DNA of 32,000 bases from Zestosphaera tikiterensis (GTDB taxonomy: Archaea > Thermoproteota > Thermoprotei_A > Sulfolobales > NBVN01). Below are positions 16,398 to 25,110 of this stretch, piece after piece. Numbering within the stretch: the stretch's first letter is position 1; the number at the start of each line of letters is the position of its first letter. A model generated the notes under the pieces. It did no database searches. It was not told the DNA's origin and worked only from the letters and a program-made list of their open reading frames with translations. The stretch lies in contig NBVN01000004.1 of the NCBI GenBank assembly GCA_003056265.1, positions 412,037-444,036 of the forward strand, given 5' to 3'. The position numbers and the translations under genes were made by a program.

Positions 16398-17843
16398 TTA
16401 GCTATAAAACCTTCTGATATATTCTTCGTAAGTCCCGGATTTAATTAACCACTTACCATAACTTACTAAGGCTTTAACTGCTTTAGCAGCTCTTTCAGGT
16501 GATATATACATCGGTATGCCTAAGGATTCCGCTTCGGCGGAGTACTTTGAGGTGTACTGCCCTCCGGTGGCTACGCCGACGACCGGTATTGGATGCGGTA
16601 ATTCCTTGTTTATGCTGTTCACGCGCTTTACGAACTCAACGTTTAGTTTTTCAGTAACGCCAGGTATTATGTAGTATGGAAGCCATAATATAGCGTCTAC
16701 CTCACCAGAACGCATTAAGATCTCTACGGACTCTAGGAAATGCTCGTCTCTCGCCGAACCCGTCACATCCACGGGGTTGTAAGGTGATGCGATGGGTAGC
16801 AAGACCCTCCTCAACTTACTTACGGTGTCATCACTTAGCTTAGGTACTTTAAGACCTAAGTCGGATAACGCGTCAGTAGCCATGACCCCAGACCCCCCTC
16901 CTGCAGTTAACACAGCAACTCTATCGCCGGCTGCTGGAGGTTGAAAAGCTAACGCTAAGCCCATGTCGAAGAGCTCCTCCATACCGTAAGCTCTAATAAC
17001 CCCGGATTGTTTGAATGCGGCGTCGTAGATGACGTCCTGCCCTGCTAAAGCTCCGGTATGGGAGGATGCTGCTCGAGCACCTGCTTCAGTCCTGCCTGAC
17101 TTAAGGATCACCACAGGCTTGACGGGGGTTGTTTCCTTTAAGCTTTTAAGGAAGGCCTTACCGTCTTCAACACCTTCTACGTACATCGTGATGACTTTAG
17201 TGTCCGGATCGTCTCTTAAATACTCCAGCAGGTCGTCATCGTCAACGTCTGCTTTATTACCGTAACTTACGAACTTACTTATTCCTAAACCTCTTAACGC
17301 AGCCCAATCAAGAACTGCTGAACCGAAAGCTCCTGACTGAGATATAAACGCTATACGTCCGTCAGGCGGGAAACCCTGCCTAGTCCTAGGCAGGAATAAG
17401 GTATTCATTCCTGACTTAGGGACGTAAACACCAACGCAGTTAGGCCCTATTAACCTCATCCCATACTTTCTAACGACTTCAACTAACTTACGCTCTCTTT
17501 CAGCTCCTTCAGGACCTACTTCTTTAAAGCCCCCTGAAATAACTATCAATCCCTTAACACCTGCTTCACCGGCGTCAACAGCTGCTTCAGCAACTTTATC
17601 TGCCGGCACTGAAATCACCGCGACATCGACTTTATCCGGTATCGCCTTTATTGAGGGGTAGGCTTTAAGCCCTAGGACCTCATCAGTAGCGGGGTTTACA
17701 GGGTATATAGTCCCTTTATAAAACTCTATTAAATTCCTCAAGAGTTCATAGCCTACCTTACCGGGGGTTCTGGAAGCACCTACTACCGCCACACTCTTCG
17801 GGAAGAAGAAGTAATCCAAACTGCCCATGCTCCAACCCAACAT
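16398..17843 (-). CDS. ADP-forming acetyl-CoA synthetase (ACD) alpha subunit / CoA-binding succinyl-CoA-synthetase-like protein
   Basis: 481 aa. VAVVGASRTPGKVGY (CoA-binding), SQSGAFGSAV, and the ASSHTGALAG phospho-His loop. Confidence 0.8.
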   Translation of the reverse strand: MLGWSMGSLDYFFFPKSVAVVGASRTPGKVGYELLRNLIEFYKGTIYPVNPATDEVLGLKAYPSIKAIPDKVDVAVISVPADKVAEAAVDAGEAGVKGLIVISGGFKEVGPEGAERERKLVEVVRKYGMRLIGPNCVGVYVPKSGMNTLFLPRTRQGFPPDGRIAFISQSGAFGSAVLDWAALRGLGISKFVSYGNKADVDDDDLLEYLRDDPDTKVITMYVEGVEDGKAFLKSLKETTPVKPVVILKSGRTEAGARAASSHTGALAGQDVIYDAAFKQSGVIRAYGMEELFDMGLALAFQPPAAGDRVAVLTAGGGSGVMATDALSDLGLKVPKLSDDTVSKLRRVLLPIASPYNPVDVTGSARDEHFLESVEILMRSGEVDAILWLPYYIIPGVTEKLNVEFVKRVNSINKELPHPIPVVGVATGGQYTSKYSAEAESLGIPMYISPERAAKAVKALVSYGKWLIKSGTYEEYIRRFYS

Positions 17844-18020
17844 ATTATGAAATACTGTTTTATATAAGGAATAACGTATAAGAAGTTATAAAAGTATTAA
17901 TAACGTTAATTAACCTACATGCTCGGGAGCGATTCGTTATTGTCTTCCACCCTCGGGTTCATCACAGCTACTTACCTTAAATATTTGTAGGACGTAGGAT
18001 ATCGTGGAGGTGTGTTTGAA

Positions 18021-19031
18021 ATGAAGCCTCAGGTATTCATAACTAGGGAATTGTTCGATGATGTAATAGCTAAGATCTTACAATACTATGAAGTTGAGGT
18101 TTGGGATAGGTATCAAGCACCACCTTACGAAACACTCCTTAAAAAAGTTAAGGAGGTTGACGCTTTAGTTTCGCTGTTGGCTGATAAGATTGACTGCAAC
18201 CTCCTTAAGAACGCGTCTAAGCTTAAGATAGTAGCTCAGTTAGCTGTTGGATACGACAACATAGACGTGGAGTGCGCTACTAAACTAGGGATCTACGTAA
18301 CCAACACGCCGGGAGTTTTAACTGAAGCTACTGCGGAATTCACCTGGGCTTTAATACTGGCTACTACTAGAAGAGCTGTTGAAGCCGACCACTTCGTAAG
18401 GTTTGGCGAGTGGTTTAGATTAAGAACTGCTTGGCATCCTAAGATGCTATTAGGTATGGAGCTTAAGGGCAAAACCTTAGGCATAATCGGTTTAGGCAGG
18501 ATAGGATCTAGAGTAGCTGAGATAGGAGTTAAAGGATTTGGGATGAAGGTCATATACTACGACTTAACTAGGAATCCACAGTTAGAAGCTGAGATCGGTG
18601 CTGTATATAAAGACCTACACGACGTTTTGAAGGAGGCTGACGTTGTTTCTGTTCATGTCCCGCTAACTCCTGAAACTAAACATTTAATTAATGAGTCTAG
18701 GCTTAAGTTGATGAAGTCTTCAGCTGTTTTAATTAATACTTCTAGGGGTGGTGTTGTCGATACTAACGCGTTAGTTAAAGCTTTAAATGAAGGTTGGATT
18801 GCTGGAGCAGGACTAGACGTATTCGAAGAAGAACCACTACCACAAAACCACCCACTAACGGCATTTAAAAACGTCGTACTCGCCCCCCACATAGCCAGCG
18901 CAACCTACGAAGCAAGGCATGGAATGGCTGAAATCGTTGCCGATAACTTAATTGACTTCTATGAAGGTAAGGTCCCGCGAACCTTAGTGAATAAGGAGGT
19001 GGTTAACGTTCGAAAACCTGGATTTAAATAA
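18021..19031 (+). CDS. gyaR: Glyoxylate reductase / hydroxypyruvate reductase
   Basis: Near-colinear by eye with the remembered Pyrococcus glyoxylate reductase (MKPKVFITRE..., GIYVTNTPGVLT, GIIGLGRIG, NTSRGGVVDTNALVKALNEGWIAGAGLDVFEEEP, and the ending RKPGF). The ATG at 18021 is preceded by GGAGGTG. The ORF track starts at GTG 18012. Confidence 0.9.
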   Translation: MKPQVFITRELFDDVIAKILQYYEVEVWDRYQAPPYETLLKKVKEVDALVSLLADKIDCNLLKNASKLKIVAQLAVGYDNIDVECATKLGIYVTNTPGVLTEATAEFTWALILATTRRAVEADHFVRFGEWFRLRTAWHPKMLLGMELKGKTLGIIGLGRIGSRVAEIGVKGFGMKVIYYDLTRNPQLEAEIGAVYKDLHDVLKEADVVSVHVPLTPETKHLINESRLKLMKSSAVLINTSRGGVVDTNALVKALNEGWIAGAGLDVFEEEPLPQNHPLTAFKNVVLAPHIASATYEARHGMAEIVADNLIDFYEGKVPRTLVNKEVVNVRKPGFK

Positions 19032-19117
19032 GCTTCCGCATTTAAAACACCGCTTTAAACATATAGGGAATACTTATCAGCTATTTAATTATCGTAATAT
19101 TTGGTGAACATAATATT

Positions 19118-19381
19118 ATGAGCGTTATGAGCGTCAAGATATCTATAAGAGTTAAGAAGGAAATACTTGAGATAGCCGATAAAATGGTTAGGTACGGATT
19201 AGCAAGAAGTAGGTCTCAAGCTATAAATACTATGATTGAAAAAGGGCTTAGAGACGTAATTAACGAAGTGAAGTTCTGGGATGAAATCTACTTAGAAGCA
19301 GAGAAGCTTGTTACAAACAACTTTAAGTTAAGACATGGCGAGCTACGGAAGCTTTTAGAAGAAGATAGGTTAATGAGATGA
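19118..19381 (+). CDS. vapB: Ribbon-helix-helix (CopG/VapB-like) antitoxin-type protein
   Basis: 87 aa. An N-terminal beta-strand KISIRVKKE followed by two helices. Its stop overlaps the ATG of a PIN-like reading frame. Confidence 0.6.
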   Translation: MSVMSVKISIRVKKEILEIADKMVRYGLARSRSQAINTMIEKGLRDVINEVKFWDEIYLEAEKLVTNNFKLRHGELRKLLEEDRLMR

Positions 19382-19434
19382 GATCCTTGATATGTCTCGA
19401 CACAAACATTGTAATAGCTTACCCTACAGGATAG
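19378..19434 (+). pseudogene. vapC: Truncated PIN-domain (vapC) remnant
   Basis: ATGAGATGA start/stop overlap with vapB. The frame encodes MRSLICLDTNIVIAYPTG and then TAG. LDTN is the canonical PIN N-terminal acidic motif. Only about 120 nt are left before the next gene region and all frames are interrupted. Confidence 0.5.
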
Positions 19435-19578
19435 GAGAGCTATACGGAAAGGTCGTAGAGGTAAAACGAGGTTGTTAATCATAGGAGGCCATAGGGTCAA
19501 AGAGTATGAAGTAGCCGCGACTTCGGGGGTTTAGTCGGGGCTTGTTTTGAATGGGTGTGTAATTATAGCGTGATTCAC

Positions 19579-19869
19579 TTAAGGTGTTAGCTTTTCGTAT
19601 GTTCTTACGGATTTAAGGATTATGTAGATTGTTACTGCGAATAAAATAGTGAATAACGCTATTGCTATGTATGCTGTGGCGTTAGCTAACGTTTCAGATT
19701 GTGTCGTAAAGCATATAGGTATGAAGAATATAACCACGCATGAAGCCCCTACGAAGCCTTCAACGTTCGTTAGGTTTAACATAGTTGAAGCTATGGTTAA
19801 GGCTATCCCCGCTATAATTAAAGCGATTCCCAAGTATGTAAGGTATGTGGAGATCTTCACTTCCGTCAC
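19579..19869 (-). CDS. Small membrane protein (96 aa, 3 TM)
   Basis: Hydrophobic ORF. A 4-nt overlap with the upstream gene 19866..20132 indicates co-translation. Confidence 0.6.
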   Translation of the reverse strand: MTEVKISTYLTYLGIALIIAGIALTIASTMLNLTNVEGFVGASCVVIFFIPICFTTQSETLANATAYIAIALFTILFAVTIYIILKSVRTYEKLTP

Positions 19870-20132
19870 CTCATTATGAAAAACGTTATTAACGCTAGGA
19901 GGGTTAACGCTATACCTATTAAGCCGGCGATGATCGCCGCCTTCTTATCGCTTCCAAAGACTATGGGGATAGGACCTATTACGATGACGCCTCCCCCACT
20001 AACTTTACTTTTGCTTTCAACCCCCTCATGAGGTTCCTCAACTATTTTCAGCAGTAGGGATGTAACTAATAAGGTAAACCCAACTAACATCAGGATAAAC
20101 CCCCAAAGGAACATCCCAACGCCTACGTCCAT
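19866..20132 (-). CDS. Small archaeal membrane protein, DUF131-like
   Basis: 88 aa with two TM segments flanking GGGVIVIGPIPIVFGSDKK. I recall this as the hallmark of the archaeal DUF131 family. Confidence 0.55.
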   Translation of the reverse strand: MDVGVGMFLWGFILMLVGFTLLVTSLLLKIVEEPHEGVESKSKVSGGGVIVIGPIPIVFGSDKKAAIIAGLIGIALTLLALITFFIMR

Positions 20133-20262
20133 CTCCTAACCCAGGATAACTAATCTTCAAAACTCTTAAGTCTTACAACTGAAAGTCCCGCCCTTCGGGA
20201 TGTGGTGGAGGTTCTTCTTCGTTAGATGTTTAAATGGTTTGGTAGGGGAAATGTTTATAAGC

Positions 20263-20288
20263 TTTATATACCCGCCATAAATGGCGGG
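20263..20288 (+). promoter_or_regulatory. TATA box TTTATATA (20263..20270) immediately followed by the perfect GC-rich palindrome CCCGCCAT-AA-ATGGCGGG (20271..20288), upstream of pelota
   Basis: Read directly from the sequence. The palindrome fills the TATA-to-TSS interval about 47 bp upstream of the TTG start at 20335. Confidence 0.5.
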
Positions 20289-20334
20289 ATATCGGAAGGT
20301 AATGTAGGTAGTATATATGTTGGGGAATGCGTAA

Positions 20335-21378
20335 TTGAAGATCGTGGACGTTGACGATAGGAGGGGAAGTGTTAAAGTTCGTGTGGAGGACGTAGACGAT
20401 CTTTGGGTACTTAAGAATGTGATTAACGAAGGTGATGTAGTGATTTCAAGGACGTTAAGGGACGTTAAAGTTGATGGTGAGGGTAAGAGGCGTTTGCCGA
20501 TGACTTTAGCTGTTAAGGTTAAGAACGTCTACTTCCAACCGTTCAGTAATAGGTTGAGAGTTCATGGAGTTATAGTTGAGGGGCCTGAAGAGTACGGCTT
20601 AAGAGGTTCTTACCACACACTCAACGTAGACGTAGGTAATGAAGTGGAGATAGTTAAGGATGTCTGGCCTCCTTCAGCTTTGCGTAGGTTAAGTGAGTCG
20701 AGTAAGAGAAGGTTTAAAGCTTTATTAGTTGCTGCGGATTTCGATGAAGCCTCTATAGCAACCCTCTACGGTCAAGGCATTAAGTACTTGATAGACTTAA
20801 GCTTTAAGGGAGTTAACGATGAAGAGCCGGACGCGATAAACAACATATCTGAGGAGATATGTGAGGAGGTTTTAAGGTATGTTGAGTTAGAGAAAGCGGA
20901 CTTCGTAGTTGTTGGTTCGCCGGCGGTGTTGAGGGAGGCTATAGCTGGTAAGTTAAAGGAAAGGTCTAAAGGTAGGTTTAAAATATTCGCGGACTCGGTT
21001 TCGGTGGGGGGTAGGGCAGGCATTGAAGAGTTGGTGAGGCGTGATTCAGTTAAAAACTTACTTCAGGAATACGTTATAATCGAGGCTGAATCCATACTGA
21101 ACGAATTTATGAAATTACTTATTACGAACCCGTCTAAAGTAGCTTACGGATTGGAGCACGTTGAGATAGCTGCCGCAAACAACGCTGTTTCAACGCTTTT
21201 AATTCATGAAGAACTACTGACTAGCGAGAACTCAAGTAGGGTTGAGGAACTGCTGAGCAAGGTTGAGGAGAAGGGAGGTAGGGTAAGGATAGTGCCGGCA
21301 GAATCCCCAATAGCTTCTAAACTTAAAGGCTTCAGCGGAGTCATAGCAGTATTGAGATACGAGCTTACGATAGATTAA
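20335..21378 (+). CDS. pelA: Pelota (aPelota / Dom34 homologue), ribosome rescue factor
   Basis: 347 aa with a TTG start. MKIVDVDDRRGSVKVRVEDVDDLWVLKNVINEGDVV N-terminal Sm-like domain, and eRF1-like central and C-terminal domains. Confidence 0.9.
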   Translation: MKIVDVDDRRGSVKVRVEDVDDLWVLKNVINEGDVVISRTLRDVKVDGEGKRRLPMTLAVKVKNVYFQPFSNRLRVHGVIVEGPEEYGLRGSYHTLNVDVGNEVEIVKDVWPPSALRRLSESSKRRFKALLVAADFDEASIATLYGQGIKYLIDLSFKGVNDEEPDAINNISEEICEEVLRYVELEKADFVVVGSPAVLREAIAGKLKERSKGRFKIFADSVSVGGRAGIEELVRRDSVKNLLQEYVIIEAESILNEFMKLLITNPSKVAYGLEHVEIAAANNAVSTLLIHEELLTSENSSRVEELLSKVEEKGGRVRIVPAESPIASKLKGFSGVIAVLRYELTID

Positions 21379-21571
21379 GACGATGCACCTCCCAGGTACT
21401 TTAGCAAGCGTAACGTAGTAGTTAACAACGCTAAATTTCTCTTCTATCTCTTTAAGACATGTCAAGCATTTCAAGCGTGGGTAGTGGGTTATGACTGTAG
21501 CTTAACGTAACCCAACGTTGGAAGTCTTGATTAAGCTGATTTAAGGGATTAAACCACTACTAATATCGGAG

Positions 21572-22837
21572 GTGGTGAACATTTCAGGGAGGTTTCTACG
21601 CGTTTTAATAGTTGTGTTTGTTTTATCAGCTGTTTTTTCAAGTGTTGTTTATACCGCTACCTACTCAAGTAGAGGTAAAGCCGTAGTTATTGAGTTAACG
21701 TCGACGATAGACGGTGGTGCTGTAGAGCTTGTTCGAAGGGGTGTTAATGAAGCTTTAAGGGACGGTGCTTTGGTAATTCTATATATTGATACATACGGAG
21801 GCTATCTCTCAGCTGCTGACTCCATAGTTAAGCTAGTTAAGGATTCTGGTTTGGAGGTATATTCTTACGTACCGCCGGGCGGTAAGGCCGTTTCAGCAGG
21901 TTCTTTAATAGCTTTATCTTCCGTTAAGATATTCATGAGTCCTGCTTCAGTTATAGGTGCTGCTGAACCCTCGCCAAGCGATGAGAAGACTTTGAATTAC
22001 GTTAGAGGTAGGTTTAGAAGCCTTGCTGAGGAGATATTCAAAGGTAATGAAACTTTAATCAAAGTAGCTGAGTCTTTCGTTACTGAGAATAGGGTTTTAA
22101 CATATGATGAAGCGGTTAAATTAGGCTTTGCCGAACCTGTAGCTAACTTTGAAGAGTTGAGGGTTAGGTTGGGGGTTGCGGAAGTTACGTATGTAAGGCA
22201 ATCCCTCTGGGAGAGCTTCATATCTTTGTTTTCATCGCCTGTCGTTAGCTCTTTAGCCTTAACTGTTGGGGTTTTACTTATATTCGTTGAGCTTCTTCAA
22301 GCTGGGTTTCAAGGGTATGCTATAGCTGGGGTGTTGCTGATAATCCTATCTTTATACGCCATGTCCATAATCCCGGTGAACCTTCTATTTCTGTTAGTCA
22401 TGCTTTCAGGCATGGTTTTACTGCTTGTCGAGATTTTCACGCCCGGTTTCGGAGCTTTCGGCATAACCGGCATAATCCTTATGGGTGTTAGCGCTTACGA
22501 ATTAATCAGGAGTGAGCCTTTCGGAATACCTTCAAGCACTCCTTTAGTTATAGCTTTAGGTCTGTCTATGTTAGCCGGGCTTATGCTATATGTGGGTTAC
22601 GAAGCAGGTAAAGTCAGGAGGATTAAACAAAAGCCTTTAAGGGATAGGTTAGTAGGTTCTGAAGGGATAGCTAAGACTAAAATAACCCCAACCGAATCGG
22701 GCGTTGTTCACGTCTTAGGTGAGGACTGGACCGCCTTCTCAGTAGGGCCTACGATAGAACCCAACGAGAAGGTTAAGGTTGTTGATGTTAAGGGGTTAAT
22801 ACTTTACGTAGATAAAGCCATATCGCCCTCTATGTAA
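21572..22837 (+). CDS. NfeD-type membrane-bound ClpP-class serine protease (stomatin operon partner)
   Basis: 421 aa with a GTG start. It has a signal/TM segment, a protease domain (YIDTYGGYL, GKAVSAGSLIALSS), 4-5 TM segments and a C-terminal OB-like NfeD domain (VGSEGIAKTKITP...GVVHVLGEDWTA). Confidence 0.85.
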   Translation: MVNISGRFLRVLIVVFVLSAVFSSVVYTATYSSRGKAVVIELTSTIDGGAVELVRRGVNEALRDGALVILYIDTYGGYLSAADSIVKLVKDSGLEVYSYVPPGGKAVSAGSLIALSSVKIFMSPASVIGAAEPSPSDEKTLNYVRGRFRSLAEEIFKGNETLIKVAESFVTENRVLTYDEAVKLGFAEPVANFEELRVRLGVAEVTYVRQSLWESFISLFSSPVVSSLALTVGVLLIFVELLQAGFQGYAIAGVLLIILSLYAMSIIPVNLLFLLVMLSGMVLLLVEIFTPGFGAFGITGIILMGVSAYELIRSEPFGIPSSTPLVIALGLSMLAGLMLYVGYEAGKVRRIKQKPLRDRLVGSEGIAKTKITPTESGVVHVLGEDWTAFSVGPTIEPNEKVKVVDVKGLILYVDKAISPSM

Positions 22838-23182
22838 TTCCTCGATATTCTTAAATGTTTTTTAATTTCTTTCTATTTTAAATTAAAGTTTATATATGTT
22901 GGTTGAGTAGTTTTACTTGGGATTGATGAGGGGGTTTATCCACCTATAGGGTAGGTGGATCCCTAAGGAAAATATCGTAGAGATTGAGGAGAGAGTGGTT
23001 AAGCGTGTGCGGGGGTGCCGGGGTCGCCCCTAAGAGCCTCTGCTGTGAAGGATGAAACCCGACGGAGCGGGGGAACGAAAAATGAGGGGATGAAGAAAAC
23101 AATTAGGAAGCATCATTCAGACCCGAACCCGAAGCGAAACAGATTTAAACTTAAACACGGTAATGTAGTTAGGTGGTATTTC

Positions 23183-24043
23183 GTGGATCTGCTGTCTTTA
23201 GTTATTCTCTTAGTTTTTGTGGTTATCATAGCGGCTATTGTGTTATCCCATATTAAAGTCATTCCTGAGTACAAACGACTTGTCGTGTTTAGGTTGGGTA
23301 AGATAGTAGGAGTTAAAGGCCCTGGGTTGGTGTTTCTAGTTCCTATAATAGATAGGGGGGTTTGGGTAGATCTTAGGGAGATGGTTTTAGACATACCGCC
23401 TCAGACATGCATAACTAAGGATAACGCGCCGGTGAACATAGACTTGCTGATATATATGAAGGTTTTCGACCCTGAATTAGCTGTTAAGTCTGTTGAGAAT
23501 TTCATAATGGCTTCAACGGGTATTGCGGTAACGACTTTAAGAGCTATCGTAGGTGATTTACTCTTAGATGATGTTTTAGCTAGGCGTGATTACATAAACC
23601 AAGCCCTTAGAGCTAAGTTAGATGAGGTTACCGATAGGTGGGGTATTAAAATAACTTCAGTTGAGATTAAAGAGATTAAACCTCCGGCTGAGGTTCAGGA
23701 AGCTATGATTAAGCAGATGGCTGCGGAGAGGAGTAAGAGAGCGATGATTTTAGAAGCTGAGGGTAAGAAGCAATCAGCTATTCTTGAAGCTGAAGGCTAT
23801 AGGGAAGCAAGGATTAAGAAAGCTGAAGGTGATATGCAGGCAGCTATATTAGAAGCTGAGGGTAGGAAGAAAGCCATGCTTGAATTGGATGAAGCGGCTA
23901 AGGCGTTAAGCCCCAACACTATGTTGCTGATGTATTACGATACTTTAAAGAAGATCGCTGAATCACCCGCGTCTAAGATATTAATACCTTTAGAGATAAG
24001 TAAGTTTTTAGCAAGGCTTGAGGAGTTTTTAGGCGGTAAGTGA
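23183..24043 (+). CDS. Stomatin/prohibitin (SPFH) family protein
   Basis: IKVIPEYKRLVVFRLGKIVGVKGPGLVFLVPIIDR is colinear with the remembered Pyrococcus stomatin PH1511, and the C-terminal coiled coil carries ILEAEG repeats. I prefer GTG 23183 (AGGTGG sits 6 nt upstream, just before the TM helix). The alternatives are ATG 23090 and the ORF-track GTG 23015. Confidence 0.85.
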   Translation: MDLLSLVILLVFVVIIAAIVLSHIKVIPEYKRLVVFRLGKIVGVKGPGLVFLVPIIDRGVWVDLREMVLDIPPQTCITKDNAPVNIDLLIYMKVFDPELAVKSVENFIMASTGIAVTTLRAIVGDLLLDDVLARRDYINQALRAKLDEVTDRWGIKITSVEIKEIKPPAEVQEAMIKQMAAERSKRAMILEAEGKKQSAILEAEGYREARIKKAEGDMQAAILEAEGRKKAMLELDEAAKALSPNTMLLMYYDTLKKIAESPASKILIPLEISKFLARLEEFLGGK

Positions 24044-24053
24044 AAACTTTTCC

Positions 24054-24551
24054 CTAAACGCATTTAAGCACTTCAGGCGTTAAGTAAAACTTAAGTAAGC
24101 CTCCCTTAGGCTCCAACTTAACGATTTCAACTCCAACCACACCGGCTGGGGGTATTTTAAAGCTTTCACAACCTAGGACAGTAGCAACTACCGACTCCAT
24201 ACTTGGTGAGTGACCCACTAACATCAACGTCTTACCAACGTATTTCATTATCAAGCTCTCCAACTCGTTAAAACTGAAAGACTCAGGTTCTAAAGCCCAC
24301 TCCTTAATCACTGGGACCCCACCCAAGGCTTTAGACGTTATTTCAGCTGTTTCAACAGCTCTTACAAGAGGGCTCGTTAATATCACATCAGGTTTTAAAC
24401 CTACGTGCTTAGCTACACATTCAACAACACGCCTACCATCAGCAGTAAGCCTCCTCTCCCAATCGCTTACCCCGGCTCTAGCTTCCTCGGCTTTGCCATG
24501 ACGCATAAAAACTATAGTCACGGGTTTAAAAACCTCACGCGCTTCGCCCAA
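24054..24551 (-). CDS. sixA: SixA-like phosphohistidine phosphatase (histidine phosphatase superfamily)
   Basis: 165 aa. IVFMRHGKAE (RHG motif) and LVGHSPSM (second catalytic His). Confidence 0.75.
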   Translation of the reverse strand: MGEAREVFKPVTIVFMRHGKAEEARAGVSDWERRLTADGRRVVECVAKHVGLKPDVILTSPLVRAVETAEITSKALGGVPVIKEWALEPESFSFNELESLIMKYVGKTLMLVGHSPSMESVVATVLGCESFKIPPAGVVGVEIVKLEPKGGLLKFYLTPEVLKCV

Positions 24552-24856
24552 GTTAACACCTAGAATTAAATAGCCTCAGCTAAAAAATCTAAAACGCTGT
24601 TGTTAGCACCTAAAGCTTTACTTACCTTACGTTCAACTGTTTAACTAGGTTAAGGATTAAAACTTTAAACCAGTTATAATAAAATTTACTACGCCTACGT
24701 TGCTTGAGACTCATGAATGTAGCTTTATAAAGCGGTATGTCCCCTCATTACCTAAGAAATATTTCACCTATGAACTACTCAAATACCGTAAAATAATTTA
24801 TAATAAAATTAATTAAATATTGAACTTAAGGTAATACAATTCACACACAGCAAAAC

Positions 24857-24865
24857 TTTTATATA
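24857..24865 (+). promoter_or_regulatory. Strong TATA box (TTTTATATA) for the small basic protein gene
   Basis: About 36 bp upstream of ATG 24901. GAGGTG (24889..24894) sits 6 nt before the ATG. Confidence 0.55.
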
Positions 24866-24900
24866 CCCCTAACGCATAATATATAATTGAGGTGTAAAAC

Positions 24901-25095
24901 ATGTCCGAGAAGTGGATGGCTTTTGACGTAAAGGCCAAGAAGAAAGTAGAGATTAAGAACCCGCAATTCGTTAAGATGAAGAACAACAGATGGGCTGTAG
25001 TAGGCACAAGCCCAGAAACAGGCATTAAAGTCGTAAGGTTCTTAAGCAAGAAAGAAGTTGAGACTCTAAAGAGCAAAGGCTTAATTAAAGAGTAA
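24901..25095 (+). CDS. Small, very basic protein (64 aa); candidate nucleic-acid-binding or chromatin protein with a cysteine-less zinc-ribbon-like pattern
   Basis: About 16 K/R in 64 aa, with a strong TATA, an SD and a double T5 terminator. The pattern FDVKAKKKVEIKN...MKNNRWAVVGTSPETGIKVVRF resembles CxxC...CPxCG mini zinc ribbons, but all four Cys are replaced. Confidence 0.75.
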   Translation: MSEKWMAFDVKAKKKVEIKNPQFVKMKNNRWAVVGTSPETGIKVVRFLSKKEVETLKSKGLIKE

Positions 25096-25110
25096 ACCTT
25101 AACGTAAACG

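Noticed and set aside
17921-17985. GC-rich island with minus-sense GUGAUGA in the acd/gyaR divergent promoter region, as a C/D sRNA
   Set aside because: No CUGA D box at the right spacing (only CCGA after about 40 nt), the internal boxes are degenerate, and the flanks do not pair. It is left as unexplained promoter-region sequence.
19288-19500. 70-aa minus-strand ORF across the vapB end and the vapC remnant
   Set aside because: It is antisense to vapB, and the plus strand shows a recognisable PIN N-terminus. There are no supporting signals.
20181-20200. GAAAGTCC, which resembles the RNase P RNA CR-I/P4 5' strand, in the pelota upstream region
   Set aside because: No complementary P4 3' strand (GGGACUU / ACAGAA-type CR-V) occurs in the 202-bp gap on either strand. 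The rest of the gap is AT-rich promoter DNA. ACAGAAC at 28111 is 8 kb away and has the wrong spacing to GGCTT.
21232-21474. 80-aa minus-strand ORF overlapping the 3' end of pelota
   Set aside because: Two thirds of it is antisense to the well-supported pelota CDS. The intergenic third (MKCLTCLKEIEE...) is too short and has no start-site signals.
23015-23182. The ORF-track 5' extension of the stomatin gene (56 extra residues from GTG 23015)
   Set aside because: The extension is low-complexity, lacks an SD, and has no counterpart in the remembered stomatin sequences, whose N-termini start a few residues before the TM helix. GTG 23183 with AGGTGG upstream fits better. It is not fully excluded; see the corresponding finding.
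24813-25076. 87-aa minus-strand ORF antisense to the small basic protein gene
   Set aside because: The plus-strand gene has a TATA box, an SD and a terminator, while the minus ORF has none. Its hydrophobic translation is the expected mirror of a lysine-rich (AAG/AAA) gene.
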